This document shows, piece after piece, positions 1 to 8,164 of a DNA stretch of 25,588 nucleotides. A program made the translations under genes and the position numbers. Numbering within the stretch: position 1 is the first letter of the stretch; each line of letters begins with the position of its first letter. The DNA is taken from positions 1 through 25,588 of IMG/VR virus record IMGVR_UViG_3300038809_000005, one strand, 5' to 3'. This DNA is from a virus. Taxonomy: Duplodnaviria > Caudoviricetes. The notes beneath the pieces are model-generated. The model did not search any database and was not told the origin of the DNA. It saw only the letters and a list, made by a program, of their open reading frames with translations.

Positions 1-458
1 TCAATTGCCCTCTCCACTCCCCGCGCTTCGATAGCTGCAAGGGCGGCGTCAGTGGCTGGGGTTTCATTGAGCACGTAGCAAACATCGTCAGTGCTGCAAG
101 GATCGTCTTTACCGCACAGTTCGCAGAAGTGCGTTGATTGGCTATGAGTGGTGATTGCAGACTTCAGCGATGCATTTTCTGCTATTAGCGCCTCTAACTG
201 AGCATTGTCTTTGTTATCGATTGGGGGGTAGGCAAACTCAGCCATAACCTGCACCCCTCGACCTGCAAATGTTACTTCCACGCTATCTGTGTAGGCGATT
301 CCGTCAACTGTGTTTAAATGCCCGTGGTTGTAGCCTGCTGCGTACACTTCACCAGCTGCTGCAAACAGACTTGCATTCTCCACAGCCAGCGCATCAGCTC
401 GTTTCTGCTGCGCATCGCGATCAGCCTTCAGGGCTTCGTAGGTCAATACTTCGTTCAT
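1..458 (-). CDS. Ead/Ea22-like early protein, 3' end outside window
   Basis: Hand-translated open frame from ATG at 458 (AAGGA RBS) to the window edge: MNEVLTYEALKADRDAQQKRADALAVENASL...ETPATDAALAAIEARGVE. The 'ENAxL' and 'ETPATDA' motifs are typical of this lambdoid family. Confidence 0.7.
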   Translation of the reverse strand, partial: MNEVLTYEALKADRDAQQKRADALAVENASLFAAAGEVYAAGYNHGHLNTVDGIAYTDSVEVTFAGRGVQVMAEFAYPPIDNKDNAQLEALIAENASLKSAITTHSQSTHFCELCGKDDPCSTDDVCYVLNETPATDAALAAIEARGVERAI

Positions 459-462
459 GGGA

Positions 463-993
463 TTATCCTTGTGCTGCTGAAAATTCAGACTTGAACCGGT
501 TCCAACTAAGCTCACAAAATCTCAAGCCGTCTTCGCGCTGACAGATGATGCTGACGGGCTTACCATTTGATAACTTAACTGATTCGATAGTGATGAGCAT
601 TCCGCTAATCTTGCACCGATAGGAATCATTGGCAGAAGGGATGGTAATTTGTGCTTGCTGAGGCCTGTCGCATAGCCACGTGAATTCCGTTGAATCGATA
701 TCAGCTCGAAGCTTGTAGAGAGTGCCGCCGATCGTCTCGTTGCCCCAGCGTTCCTCGTTGAGATATTTCTTGATGGGCCAGATGTCGGCGTAGTGAATGT
801 AAATAGCTGAGTTGGTCATCGATTCGGCCCAGCCATCGAAAAAAGGTTCGTGCACGTTAAGCGTAATCCCCGCAGTGGCACCGCCAGATAATGCACGACC
901 CTCACCACCAGTTGAAAATAGGTTTCGGTGAAAGGCCGTGATGTGATTGCGAGGGTCTTTGCGGAGATGAGCCAGTATTAAATCTGGTCGCAT
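463..993 (-). CDS. hypothetical protein (176 aa)
   Basis: ORF track; co-oriented with and filling the gap between ssb and the Ead-like gene; no motif recognised. Confidence 0.65.
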   Translation of the reverse strand: MRPDLILAHLRKDPRNHITAFHRNLFSTGGEGRALSGGATAGITLNVHEPFFDGWAESMTNSAIYIHYADIWPIKKYLNEERWGNETIGGTLYKLRADIDSTEFTWLCDRPQQAQITIPSANDSYRCKISGMLITIESVKLSNGKPVSIICQREDGLRFCELSWNRFKSEFSAAQG

Positions 994-1025
994 TTTTGGT
1001 TGCCTGAGAAGGAAGGTTATGTCAT

Positions 1026-1481
1026 TCAGAAAGGAATATCGTCGTCGAAGTCCATGGGTGGTTCGTTCGATGAGGCCTGTTGTTGTGGTTGACGTCCTTG
1101 TTGTTGAGGCTGACTACCGCCTCCGCCGTCTGGTTTGCCACCTAGCATCTGCAGTACGCCGCCAACATTGACGTGAATCTCTGTTGTGTATTTTTCCACG
1201 TCAGCCTGATCTGCCCATTTCCGCGTGGTCAGCTTCCCTTCGATATAAACCTGTGAACCCTTACGGAGGTACTCTCCAGCAATCTCTGCCAGCTTTCCGA
1301 ACAGCACAACACGGTGCCACTCGGTCTTTTCTTTCTGCTCGCCGGTCGCCTTGTCACGCCATGACTCAGAAGTGGCGATCGTGACGTTTGCGATAGCGCT
1401 GCCGCTTTGGGTGTAACGAACCTCTGGGTCTTTCCCGAGATTGCCAACGATTATTGCTTTGTTAATTCCCTTACTGGCCAT
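1026..1481 (-). CDS. ssb: single-stranded DNA-binding protein
   Basis: [24 protein letters not shown]-terminus and acidic DFDDDIPF tail. Confidence 0.97.
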   Translation of the reverse strand: MASKGINKAIIVGNLGKDPEVRYTQSGSAIANVTIATSESWRDKATGEQKEKTEWHRVVLFGKLAEIAGEYLRKGSQVYIEGKLTTRKWADQADVEKYTTEIHVNVGGVLQMLGGKPDGGGGSQPQQQGRQPQQQASSNEPPMDFDDDIPF

Positions 1482-2159
1482 TTATGCCGCCTTTTTGAAG
1501 TCTGATTTACGATGTTTGAAGATGTCTATTACTTGGTCTTGGTGTGGTTTAGAGTCACCTACAGCAGACCATGCCGCCTTATACAAAACCGTCAATTGTT
1601 CCTCTGTGGTTGCCTTGGATGCTTCCTCATTGAAGGCTAGAGTGATTTCATCAAGGTTTGGGGCTGGCGGGGAGGGCGGTAAAGCCCAGGCAGGCAAATC
1701 AGGTGTTTGCCACCAGATATTCACGTATTTATTCGACTTGTCTTTGTATGCAGCTTTATTCCACTGGTTGTTACGTTCGGTGCTGCATACTGCGAAGCGT
1801 TCTTCAAGCAGATACAGGTACCGGCCAATGCCCCACTGAACGGCAGCGCGTTTCATTGCGCCAGATATGCCGCCCTTGACCGCCTCTACTTGCGTGTTTT
1901 CTGCGCCGTCCCACTTGGTGATCCACTCTCCTTCGTGTTTGATTGATATCCCGCACAATACGCCGCCGCCCGGTGATGGCTGGAACTCGTTACGCCAGCC
2001 CGTCTTGCCGCATACCTCATCCAGTCGTTTCATGATTGCCCGGTTCGTTACGTAGCAGAGCACCATTGCCCACGGACCATTGCTTGCCATACCACACTGC
2101 TGAACTCGCCATTCAATGTCTTCTACAGCGAAAGGCTCATCAAGTTTTGCTAAATCCAT
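1482..2159 (-). CDS. Sak/Rad52-like single-strand annealing recombinase
   Basis: Motifs YVTNRAIMKRLDEVCG, KGGISGAMKRAAVQWGIGRYLY; adjacent to ssb. Confidence 0.9.
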   Translation of the reverse strand: MDLAKLDEPFAVEDIEWRVQQCGMASNGPWAMVLCYVTNRAIMKRLDEVCGKTGWRNEFQPSPGGGVLCGISIKHEGEWITKWDGAENTQVEAVKGGISGAMKRAAVQWGIGRYLYLLEERFAVCSTERNNQWNKAAYKDKSNKYVNIWWQTPDLPAWALPPSPPAPNLDEITLAFNEEASKATTEEQLTVLYKAAWSAVGDSKPHQDQVIDIFKHRKSDFKKAA

Positions 2160-2167
2160 AAATCACC

Positions 2168-2338
2168 TCAGAATGGAGCTGGCCCCAAGAAATAACGCTG
2201 ATTCATCTTCTCCAGCGTTGAGTGGTTAAGGCAGGCTTGCACAGCCTTACGCATCCTCTTGCGTCGGTAGTACAAGGCATCAAGGATGTGCTCGCGCCGG
2301 TTGGCTTTGCTTTGTTCGATGGTCGTTCCGAGGCTCAT
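2168..2338 (-). CDS. small hypothetical protein (56 aa)
   Basis: Hand-translated MSLGTTIEQSKANRRE...NQRYFLGPAPF; ATGA overlap with the upstream gene; resembles small ORFs preceding the recombinase in P22-like phages. Confidence 0.7.
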   Translation of the reverse strand: MSLGTTIEQSKANRREHILDALYYRRKRMRKAVQACLNHSTLEKMNQRYFLGPAPF

Positions 2339-2442
2339 TTCATCCCCCGATAGAAAAGTGAATTAGCTAACTGGAAAAGCATGTTGTCATTCTTCTCTTT
2401 AGCGAGGATGGCGAGAAGCTGCAGTGTTCTGGTAAGGTTCAT
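2335..2442 (-). CDS. Kil-like small protein (35 aa)
   Basis: MNLTRTLQLLAILAKEKNDNMLFQLANSLFYRGMK; AGGAG RBS; ATGA overlap with cIII; occupies the kil position. Function inferred from synteny. Confidence 0.5.
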   Translation of the reverse strand: MNLTRTLQLLAILAKEKNDNMLFQLANSLFYRGMK

Positions 2443-2576
2443 AGCGGGTCTCCTCGCTGTGATAATGTGTCTTTCAACCACCGGCCAATGCAGCGCATAC
2501 GGCGAGTGATAATTTCGAGAAGTGTTTCTGATTGAGTGCCCACGAGCGGGCACCCAGCATAAGCAAGTTGCTGCAT
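2439..2576 (-). CDS. cIII: CIII FtsH protease inhibitor
   Basis: MQQLAYAGCPLVGTQSETLLEIITRRMR resembles lambda CIII (AGWPVAGCPSESLLERITRKLR); AGGAG RBS before ATG 2576. Confidence 0.88.
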   Translation of the reverse strand: MQQLAYAGCPLVGTQSETLLEIITRRMRCIGRWLKDTLSQRGDPL

Positions 2577-2640
2577 AGGGTTACTCCTGATTGATAGGTA
2601 TTCATTGCTGAACCAACTCGTAAATTGGCTTAGCGATGGG

Positions 2641-2665
2641 AATAAAAAAGCCGCTCTAGGCGGCT
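2641..2665 (-). terminator. rho-independent terminator
   Basis: Minus strand AGCCGC-CTAGA-GCGGCT followed by TTTTT. Confidence 0.7.
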
Positions 2666-2964
2666 GTGGTTTCTTCATTAAGGCTTTCGATATAATCTCG
2701 CGGATCATCGAATTCGTCGTTGTACCAATCTACCCACTTATCAGAAAGCTCCATGTCCCGCATGTCTTCCTCCGTCAGTGATTCATCCCACATCTGAAGG
2801 CCGTTCGTGTTGCAGTAATCTGGCTTGATGTTGTTTTCGTATTGGAACAAGTCGTAATTAGCAAGCGTGTCCATCAGGCGCACGCCTTCTTCGACGCTTT
2901 CCACTTCAACGTTAAATGACTTCATAGGTATTTGAGGAATATGCCAAACGCGAAACTTCTTCAT
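2656..2964 (-). CDS. P22 gp17-like protein
   Basis: MKKFRVWHIPQIPMKSF...NNIKPDYCNTNGLQMWDE...EETTAA closely matches recalled P22 gp17; start placed at ATG 2964 after GGAG. Confidence 0.85.
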   Translation of the reverse strand: MKKFRVWHIPQIPMKSFNVEVESVEEGVRLMDTLANYDLFQYENNIKPDYCNTNGLQMWDESLTEEDMRDMELSDKWVDWYNDEFDDPRDYIESLNEETTAA

Positions 2965-2978
2965 GTATATCTCCGGGT

Positions 2979-3005
2979 AAAAAAATGGGCCGCACAAGGC
3001 AGCCC
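2979..3005 (-). terminator. rho-independent terminator
   Basis: Minus strand GGGCTGC-CTTGT-GCGGCCC then ATTTTTTT. Confidence 0.7.
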
Positions 3006-3080
3006 GAAGTGATGATAAGAGGGGTTATGTCTTCTTACTGGTACATCATCAAGCTCACACGGATATGAGCTTTGGGATGG

Positions 3081-3365
3081 TCAGCGGCCTAATGCTTTGT
3101 TGATGGCGGCGGTTGCTCTCTGCTCTACATCACCATCAAATCCGCATGTTGTTAATGCCTCCATTATTTCCGAGAGAACCTCAAGAAGCTCTGGCGCTGC
3201 AGAGATAAGTCTCGTGTTTGCATCACGAATAGCCCAGTCATTGTCACATGCAAGCTGGTTTGTGATTGCTACAGACTCACCACTTGTTGCGTCAATATTC
3301 CATCTGGCATCTACACCGCACACGTCAACAACCCACGGCCCCGGCGTTCCGCTAAATTCACTCAT
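3081..3365 (-). CDS. conserved phage hypothetical protein
   Basis: TPGPW...ANTRLISAAPELLE motif of a common phage family; start placed at ATG 3365. Confidence 0.75.
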   Translation of the reverse strand: MSEFSGTPGPWVVDVCGVDARWNIDATSGESVAITNQLACDNDWAIRDANTRLISAAPELLEVLSEIMEALTTCGFDGDVEQRATAAINKALGR

Positions 3366-3457
3366 CTCACCATCTCCATCAATCCAATAACCACACCACA
3401 CCAGAAGAGGGCGCAGCCAACCAGAACCCAAAACCATACCTTCTCGTTGTAAGTCAT
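3362..3457 (-). CDS. small single-pass membrane protein (31 aa)
   Basis: MTYNEKVWFWVLVGCALFWCGVVIGLMEMVR; GGAGG RBS; ATGA coupling to the next gene. Confidence 0.65.
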   Translation of the reverse strand: MTYNEKVWFWVLVGCALFWCGVVIGLMEMVR

Positions 3458-3473
3458 GCTGCACCCTCCAGTT

Positions 3474-3499
3474 AAAAGAAAAGCCTCCGAAGAGGCTTT
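3474..3499 (-). terminator. tL1-like terminator after N
   Basis: Minus strand AAAGCCTC-TTCG-GAGGCTTT then TCTTTT. Confidence 0.75.
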
Positions 3500-3534
3500 G
3501 TGTTTGCGCTTTCCCCAGACATAACGTCAGGTTT

Positions 3535-3882
3535 TTAAATCAGTGGAATGCTTTTACCGCGAACCTTCTGGACTGCGTGAATTTTTCGCCCAGACTCGTT
3601 GAGCATCTTCTGATACTGGCGACTCAGCTTCTCTTCAGCTTTCTGCGCCAGCATGCTGTGATGCTCAGCTGCTTTAGATATCTGTTCCCGGTAATCGAAA
3701 TTGATTGGGTTAACCGCTGCCTGAACGCGATCAACTGGCTTGCGACTCTTCATCGACAAGACTGGTCGGCGAGGCTGATCAGCTAAATCGGCAATCCCAT
3801 GCTCGCGATTGTATGCCTCAGTCAGGGCCTGGCGACGGTCACGACGGCGTTTATCTGCGTTATCGTATGCATAACACTTCAT
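3535..3882 (-). CDS. N: N-type early antitermination protein
   Basis: Arginine-rich motif NADKRRRDRRQAL, C-terminal RGKSIPLI, first gene after pL/nutL, AGGAG RBS before ATG 3882. Confidence 0.88.
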   Translation of the reverse strand: MKCYAYDNADKRRRDRRQALTEAYNREHGIADLADQPRRPVLSMKSRKPVDRVQAAVNPINFDYREQISKAAEHHSMLAQKAEEKLSRQYQKMLNESGRKIHAVQKVRGKSIPLI

Positions 3883-3946
3883 ATATCTCTCCTGTGGCTT
3901 CCGGTTGCACTGAGCAGTCAGCACATGCGGAAGCCTGAGTAGAATC

Positions 3947-3977
3947 GACCTTTTCAGGTCAGTAGTCTTAAAGAGCG
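3947..3977 (-). promoter_or_regulatory. nutL (boxA + boxB)
   Basis: Minus strand CGCTCTTTAA (boxA) then hairpin GACCT-GAAA-AGGTC. Confidence 0.85.
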
Positions 3978-4003
3978 GGAGACTGTGTCGTCTCGATGGA
4001 TTG

Positions 4004-4045
4004 ATAATACGTTATGTACTTTATTCTATCAATACATAATGTACT
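4004..4045 (-). promoter_or_regulatory. pL and oL operators
   Basis: TTGATA-17 bp-TATTAT on the minus strand (4032-4004); 15-bp imperfect palindromes AATACGTTATGTACT (4006-4020) and AATACATAATGTACT (4031-4045). Confidence 0.8.
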
Positions 4046-4181
4046 TATTTGTCACGACATCAGGTTAACTATGTGATTTGTAATTGAATTTATTTTCACT
4101 TTCCCCACCAGGAATCATCGCGCCTAGCCAAAAGCAGGTATGCGGGGGTAAAGTTGGATGAAATTTAGAGTGGAGGTGACG

Positions 4182-4397
4182 ATGAAGGACCAAGATTCAG
4201 ATCCGATTTATGACGAGGCTTGCAGGATAGTGGGGCAGTCTTGTTTGATGCTGGCACAAAATGGCGATGAGATAAGCCGTGCCCAGGTGGCGTACCAGCT
4301 AAAGCGCATCCACTGGCAGATTATGGAGAAAACGGGAGAGTCGAATCTGGCGATAAAGCTGGCAATCGAACAGCTAGAGGATGGGCTGGAGAAGTAG
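4182..4397 (+). CDS. small helical protein, DUF2767-like
   Basis: GGAGGTG RBS before ATG 4182; YDEACRIVG motif recalled from DUF2767-like enterobacterial proteins. Confidence 0.55.
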   Translation: MKDQDSDPIYDEACRIVGQSCLMLAQNGDEISRAQVAYQLKRIHWQIMEKTGESNLAIKLAIEQLEDGLEK

Positions 4398-4402
4398 GGC
4401 AC

Positions 4403-4427
4403 AAAAAACCCGGCTCGGTGGCCGGGT
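4403..4427 (-). terminator. t-imm-like terminator ending the cI-cargo transcript
   Basis: Minus strand ACCCGGC-CACCGA-GCCGGGT then TTTTT. Confidence 0.8.
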
Positions 4428-4440
4428 GGGATATTTGGGG

Positions 4441-5193
4441 TTATGCCGCTAGCCTTTTAATCCAAGTCTCGCGTTTAGCAAATGGAAGGATGTGGCTTGA
4501 TTCATTAAATAACAATGAAAGTTGCTGCATTTGGTCACCAATAGCATCGCTATCAACAACAATATACCTATTATTCAAGGCGTCATTCGCATTCTTCAGG
4601 TCGATCAGCTTACCCAGTAGCGAATACGCGCTGTTCCAGCTACCACCACACTTCACACTTGAGGTGAAAATATACTTTGGCTCGGCAGTCTTGAGTGTCA
4701 CTGGTATTGTAATCTGGTGTCCACTCAACCCTATCACATTCTCTCTCAGCGAGATTTGATCCTTTAAATCAGAGTGATAAAGGTAATTTATTACAATGCT
4801 TTCGAATCTTTCTGACTGAACAGGTTGATGCCAGTCAAGTGAAATTGACGAAGCAAGGATGCCTGCACGTATAACACCAGAGGTTACGGAACCTATGGTA
4901 TGCTCCGTTGCCCAGCTAATTATCTCCCCGCGCTCATTTAGCTCAGCCCCTTCCTTGTGAAGCAGAGTGCGGATTTCATCAAGTCGTTTTTTGGTGAGGG
5001 AGATTCCTCTGGACTCCATGTTCATCAGGGCGTCGCAACGGTCGCTAACCAAAAATCTACCATTTATCTCACGGACAAAAGCGCCAACATGCTCCCCATC
5101 ATCACAATAAGTGAATGGGCTGATAATTCTCATGGTTTCGCCAATGTTATGGCATTCGAAACCAAGATTTGAGATCACCGTTGAGCACATCAT
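4441..5193 (-). CDS. DUF1828-like protein with C-terminal restriction-endonuclease-like (DUF1829-like) domain
   Basis: ISPFTYCDDGEH...FLVSD N-terminal motif; C-terminal FE...VIGLSGHQ...YIVVD; start at ATG 5193 gives ATGA overlap with the upstream gene. Confidence 0.7.
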   Translation of the reverse strand: MMCSTVISNLGFECHNIGETMRIISPFTYCDDGEHVGAFVREINGRFLVSDRCDALMNMESRGISLTKKRLDEIRTLLHKEGAELNERGEIISWATEHTIGSVTSGVIRAGILASSISLDWHQPVQSERFESIVINYLYHSDLKDQISLRENVIGLSGHQITIPVTLKTAEPKYIFTSSVKCGGSWNSAYSLLGKLIDLKNANDALNNRYIVVDSDAIGDQMQQLSLLFNESSHILPFAKRETWIKRLAA

Positions 5194-5753
5194 AATCCAA
5201 GCCCTATTTGTCCTGATTCGTCCTCTAAAGGAATTGGTATCTTGCCAAGACAAGAGACGTTTAACCGCTTACAAAAGTACTCCCAATACCCTCTTAGGTC
5301 ATCTGGTTTTATGTCTAAAACTATTGGGAAACCCATTCTTTCACTATAGTATCCGGCCTCTTCATAGTACACATGGAAATGAGGTCCAAAAACACTATCC
5401 TGATAATCAGGCCTATCAATTTTATAGTTATTTTTATGCTTATCAAACGGATACGTATCAACGGCAAAGACTCTTTTTTTGTTGTATAGGGCAACAATGT
5501 TGATTTTTGGGTATGAAATCCCAGGCGTATTTAGTGAGTCTTGGTCGGGTTTCCACTGAAGAAGGAATGATAGTCCCTGGATTGGAATTCCTTCCTCATC
5601 CTCGGGGATTACTTGCATCTGCAACCACATCATTGGCCGGTTTGGAGGTGGCTTATTCCCCCATTTTACACCTGTGAAATTGACCGTCTTATTGCAATAT
5701 AAGACATTGTCGACTTCGGCCTGGCTAGGCAAGTATTCTTCTGTTTTCGCCAC
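5190..5753 (-). CDS. DUF6978-like protein
   Basis: SQAEVD..K N-terminus and GPHFHVY motif; translationally coupled to the DUF1828-like gene. Confidence 0.6.
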   Translation of the reverse strand: MAKTEEYLPSQAEVDNVLYCNKTVNFTGVKWGNKPPPNRPMMWLQMQVIPEDEEGIPIQGLSFLLQWKPDQDSLNTPGISYPKINIVALYNKKRVFAVDTYPFDKHKNNYKIDRPDYQDSVFGPHFHVYYEEAGYYSERMGFPIVLDIKPDDLRGYWEYFCKRLNVSCLGKIPIPLEDESGQIGLGL

Positions 5754-5852
5754 TAGTGAATATCCATTTTTAGAGCAAAAAAGTTAAAATTAATTAGTTA
5801 AATCAGAACACTAAACCCATTAAGCATATCAACCAGTTAATCAAGAAGCTGG

Positions 5853-6524
5853 CTAATCGAATGTTCCACCAGGCCACTGAGCATCTACAACCTTACCAAT
5901 GATACGGCAACCATCGCTGAATAGGATTGGGTGGTATCGGGTTCTATCCGTATTCAAAGGCTCTAACCATTCCTCGCCATCTTCGATCACATACCGTTTG
6001 AAAGTCGTCTCTTGGTTATGAAGAATTGCTACAACGTAGTCACCATGCTTAACATCACCCCTTAGTGATGGATCTACAAGAATGAAAGTCCCTTCAGGAA
6101 AGCTTGGTTTGCTCCCATATGGTGCTGTCATTGAGTGACCTGAAACCTCTAGCCAGAATGCATTGTCAGCAGCCTTTTTGGTTGTCGCCATCCAGTCCTG
6201 AGCGTCTAACTCTGTGAAGGTGCCAACCTCTGCAAACTCTCCAGCCTGCACTGTCGTGAACATGGGGTATTCGTATTGCTTTTTTACTGGCTTATCACTT
6301 AATTCACCAGACAGCGTAAAGGTTCCATCGGCGTGGAACGTAGCATTATTAATCCCCAAATACTGGAAGATTGCTCCTATCTCATCAAGAGAGGGCTTTC
6401 GCGTTCCTCGAAGCCAATGACCCATCCCTCCCTGCGTTATGCCGAGAGCTTCTCCGAGTTTGTCCTGGGTTACCCCAAGGGCTTTCATTCTGGCCTTAGC
6501 CAGCTCGTTCCAAGTCATTTTCAT
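5853..6524 (-). CDS. cI: CI-like repressor (HTH + S24 peptidase)
   Basis: N-terminal HTH, VQAG cleavage site, GHSM serine and TFKR lysine; divergent from cro. Confidence 0.95.
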   Translation of the reverse strand: MKMTWNELAKARMKALGVTQDKLGEALGITQGGMGHWLRGTRKPSLDEIGAIFQYLGINNATFHADGTFTLSGELSDKPVKKQYEYPMFTTVQAGEFAEVGTFTELDAQDWMATTKKAADNAFWLEVSGHSMTAPYGSKPSFPEGTFILVDPSLRGDVKHGDYVVAILHNQETTFKRYVIEDGEEWLEPLNTDRTRYHPILFSDGCRIIGKVVDAQWPGGTFD

Positions 6525-6530
6525 CCCATG

Positions 6531-6610
6531 AGTATTACGCTACGTATTAATTAGGGCAATGCACATAGTGTATTAATACGCTTGCGTTATTTAAGTACGA
6601 AATGTATTAT
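6531..6610. promoter_or_regulatory. oR operators, pR and pRM
   Basis: Operators ATTACGCTACGTATT (6534-6548), TGCACATAGTGTATT (6560-6574), AGTACGAAATGTATT (6594-6608) share the oL consensus; pR TTGCGT-17-TATTAT (6582-6610); candidate pRM TTGCCC-17-AATACT on the minus strand (6559-6531). Confidence 0.8.
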
Positions 6611-6642
6611 TGGTTTCATGACTCAACCTAGGAGGTATCCGC

Positions 6643-6858
6643 ATGACAAGTTTGCGTGAAATTAGAGAGGTATTGAATATCTCTCAAGCCACGTTAGCAG
6701 ACATGGTTGGGTGCACGCAGGGTTCAATCGGTCACTATGAAAGTGGCCGTAGAGCTCCAAGTCTGAAGATGTGCCGAAGCCTAGTTTCCGCACTTAATAA
6801 GCTTGGCGCTGAAGTAAGAATCGATGACGTGTTTCCACCAGAACAAAAAGCCGCATAA
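6643..6858 (+). CDS. cro: Cro repressor
   Basis: 71-aa HTH (SQATLADMVGCTQGSIGHYESGRR); AGGAGG RBS; first gene after pR. Confidence 0.9.
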   Translation: MTSLREIREVLNISQATLADMVGCTQGSIGHYESGRRAPSLKMCRSLVSALNKLGAEVRIDDVFPPEQKAA

Positions 6859-6865
6859 ACACCAC

Positions 6866-6895
6866 CGCTCCTTAACACCTATTACCCGAAAGGGT
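6866..6895 (+). promoter_or_regulatory. nutR (boxA + boxB)
   Basis: CGCTCCTTAACA then ACCC-GAAA-GGGT directly after cro. Confidence 0.8.
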
Positions 6896-6965
6896 TCCCA
6901 ATACAAAATCAACATGTGGTCATTCCCACGGCGTGATCACGTCTAACTATTTAACCAACATGGAA

Positions 6966-6998
6966 ATTATCCGCTATGGAACTAGCAAACTACAGCAA
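6966..6998 (-). promoter_or_regulatory. pRE, CII-activated promoter
   Basis: TTGC-N6-TTGC (TTGCTGTAGTTTGC) on the minus strand at the cII start, with GATAAT 17 bp downstream of the N6. Confidence 0.75.
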
Positions 6999-7281
6999 AC
7001 CAACAGAACAAGAGATTAACCGGGCCGAGACTGACTTACTTCTGACGCTATCCCTGGTCAGCAATAGGGAGTTCGCTCGCTTGGCTGGATGCCATGAATC
7101 GAAGATAAGCCGCACTGACTGGCGCTATATCGCAACCATTCTCTGTGTAGCCAAGAAGTCACTGGAGTTTAGTCCTCTGGGGATGATGGTGCAGGAGGTG
7201 GTGAATGCGGTGAACGCTAAAAAGCAAAAACCCCTGGCGGCAACCAAGGGTTCTGAACAGCAAATCACTATCAATTTCTGA
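6976..7281 (+). CDS. cII: CII/C1 transcriptional activator
   Basis: AGCHESKISRTDW motif and EQQITINF tail; position between cro and the replication genes. Confidence 0.9.
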   Translation: MELANYSKPTEQEINRAETDLLLTLSLVSNREFARLAGCHESKISRTDWRYIATILCVAKKSLEFSPLGMMVQEVVNAVNAKKQKPLAATKGSEQQITINF

Positions 7282-7333
7282 GGTAATTATACATGCAAAA
7301 CACTGGATCAGTAAACAGTGGGGAGACTCAATT

Positions 7334-8164
7334 ATGAGCAACCTTGCTGCAGATATCGTAGTCCCGATCAGGCCTGATTTACGGGCCGTGGAGAAACGTG
7401 TGGCCGACACAGACGATGGATATACCCGTCTGGCAAACGAGCTGTACGAGGAGCTTATCGGCGCAAATCTGACACGGAATCAGGCGAAGGTGGCTCATGC
7501 TGTTTGCCGGAAGACATACGGCTTCAACAAGAAGATGGACCGAATTGCTGACAGCCAAATCGCTGTGCTAACCAATTTGCCAAGGCAGAAGGTTAACAAG
7601 GCGAAGAACGAATTGATTTTGATGAACGTTTTGCTAAAAGAGGGCGCTTTGATTGGCCCAAATAAGAGCTTGGAAGAATGGCAAATTCCAGAGTGTCACC
7701 AAAGCGGTGTCATTGTCACCAAGCCAGTGACAAAAAGTGTCACCAAAACGGTGACAAGGGTGTCACCAAAACAGGGACACACAAAAGACACTATTACAAA
7801 AGACAATAAAGACAATATAAATCCCCCTGTAGTCCCCCTGGCTGAGAAAGCTGTCAAGGATAAAAAACGGGCCTCACAATTTCCAAGCGGGTTTTCACCT
7901 ACAGATGCCAATCAAAGACTGGCATCAGAATTGGGCGTGAACCTGCAAAGCGAATTTCTGGCGTTCTCTGACTACCACCAGTCGAAGGGATCAACGTTCA
8001 AGGATTGGGGGCTGGCGCTGAACACCTGGCTGAGAAATTCCGTTAAGTTCTCCAAACCATCATATCCAGCCAAGCCTGCATCGGCACCATCTAGGGCTGT
8101 ATCGGAAAACTTTGACTCCAAGAACTACGGAGCCAGCCAGCAACCATCATGGGCGGAGGAATGA
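7334..8164 (+). CDS. O-type replication initiator
   Basis: VADTDDGYTRLANEL...RKTYGFNKKMD motif; contains the iterons. Confidence 0.92.
   Translation: MSNLAADIVVPIRPDLRAVEKRVADTDDGYTRLANELYEELIGANLTRNQAKVAHAVCRKTYGFNKKMDRIADSQIAVLTNLPRQKVNKAKNELILMNVLLKEGALIGPNKSLEEWQIPECHQSGVIVTKPVTKSVTKTVTRVSPKQGHTKDTITKDNKDNINPPVVPLAEKAVKDKKRASQFPSGFSPTDANQRLASELGVNLQSEFLAFSDYHQSKGSTFKDWGLALNTWLRNSVKFSKPSYPAKPASAPSRAVSENFDSKNYGASQQPSWAEE
7694..7822. repeat. replication origin: four 19-bp iterons + A-rich tract
   Basis: TGTCACCAAAGCGGTGTCA (7694), TGTCACCAAGCCAGTGACA (7714), TGTCACCAAAACGGTGACA (7738), TGTCACCAAAACAGGGACA (7761), followed by AAAGACA repeats. Confidence 0.88.

Noticed and set aside
5194-5253. 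Longer 270-aa start for the DUF1828-like gene
   Set aside because: It would overlap the upstream gene by 64 nt; the ATGA-coupled start at 5193 is more plausible.
7694-7779. Palindromic 19-bp repeats as a CRISPR array
   Set aside because: Spacers are only 1-5 bp and the repeats lie inside the initiator gene; they are origin iterons.
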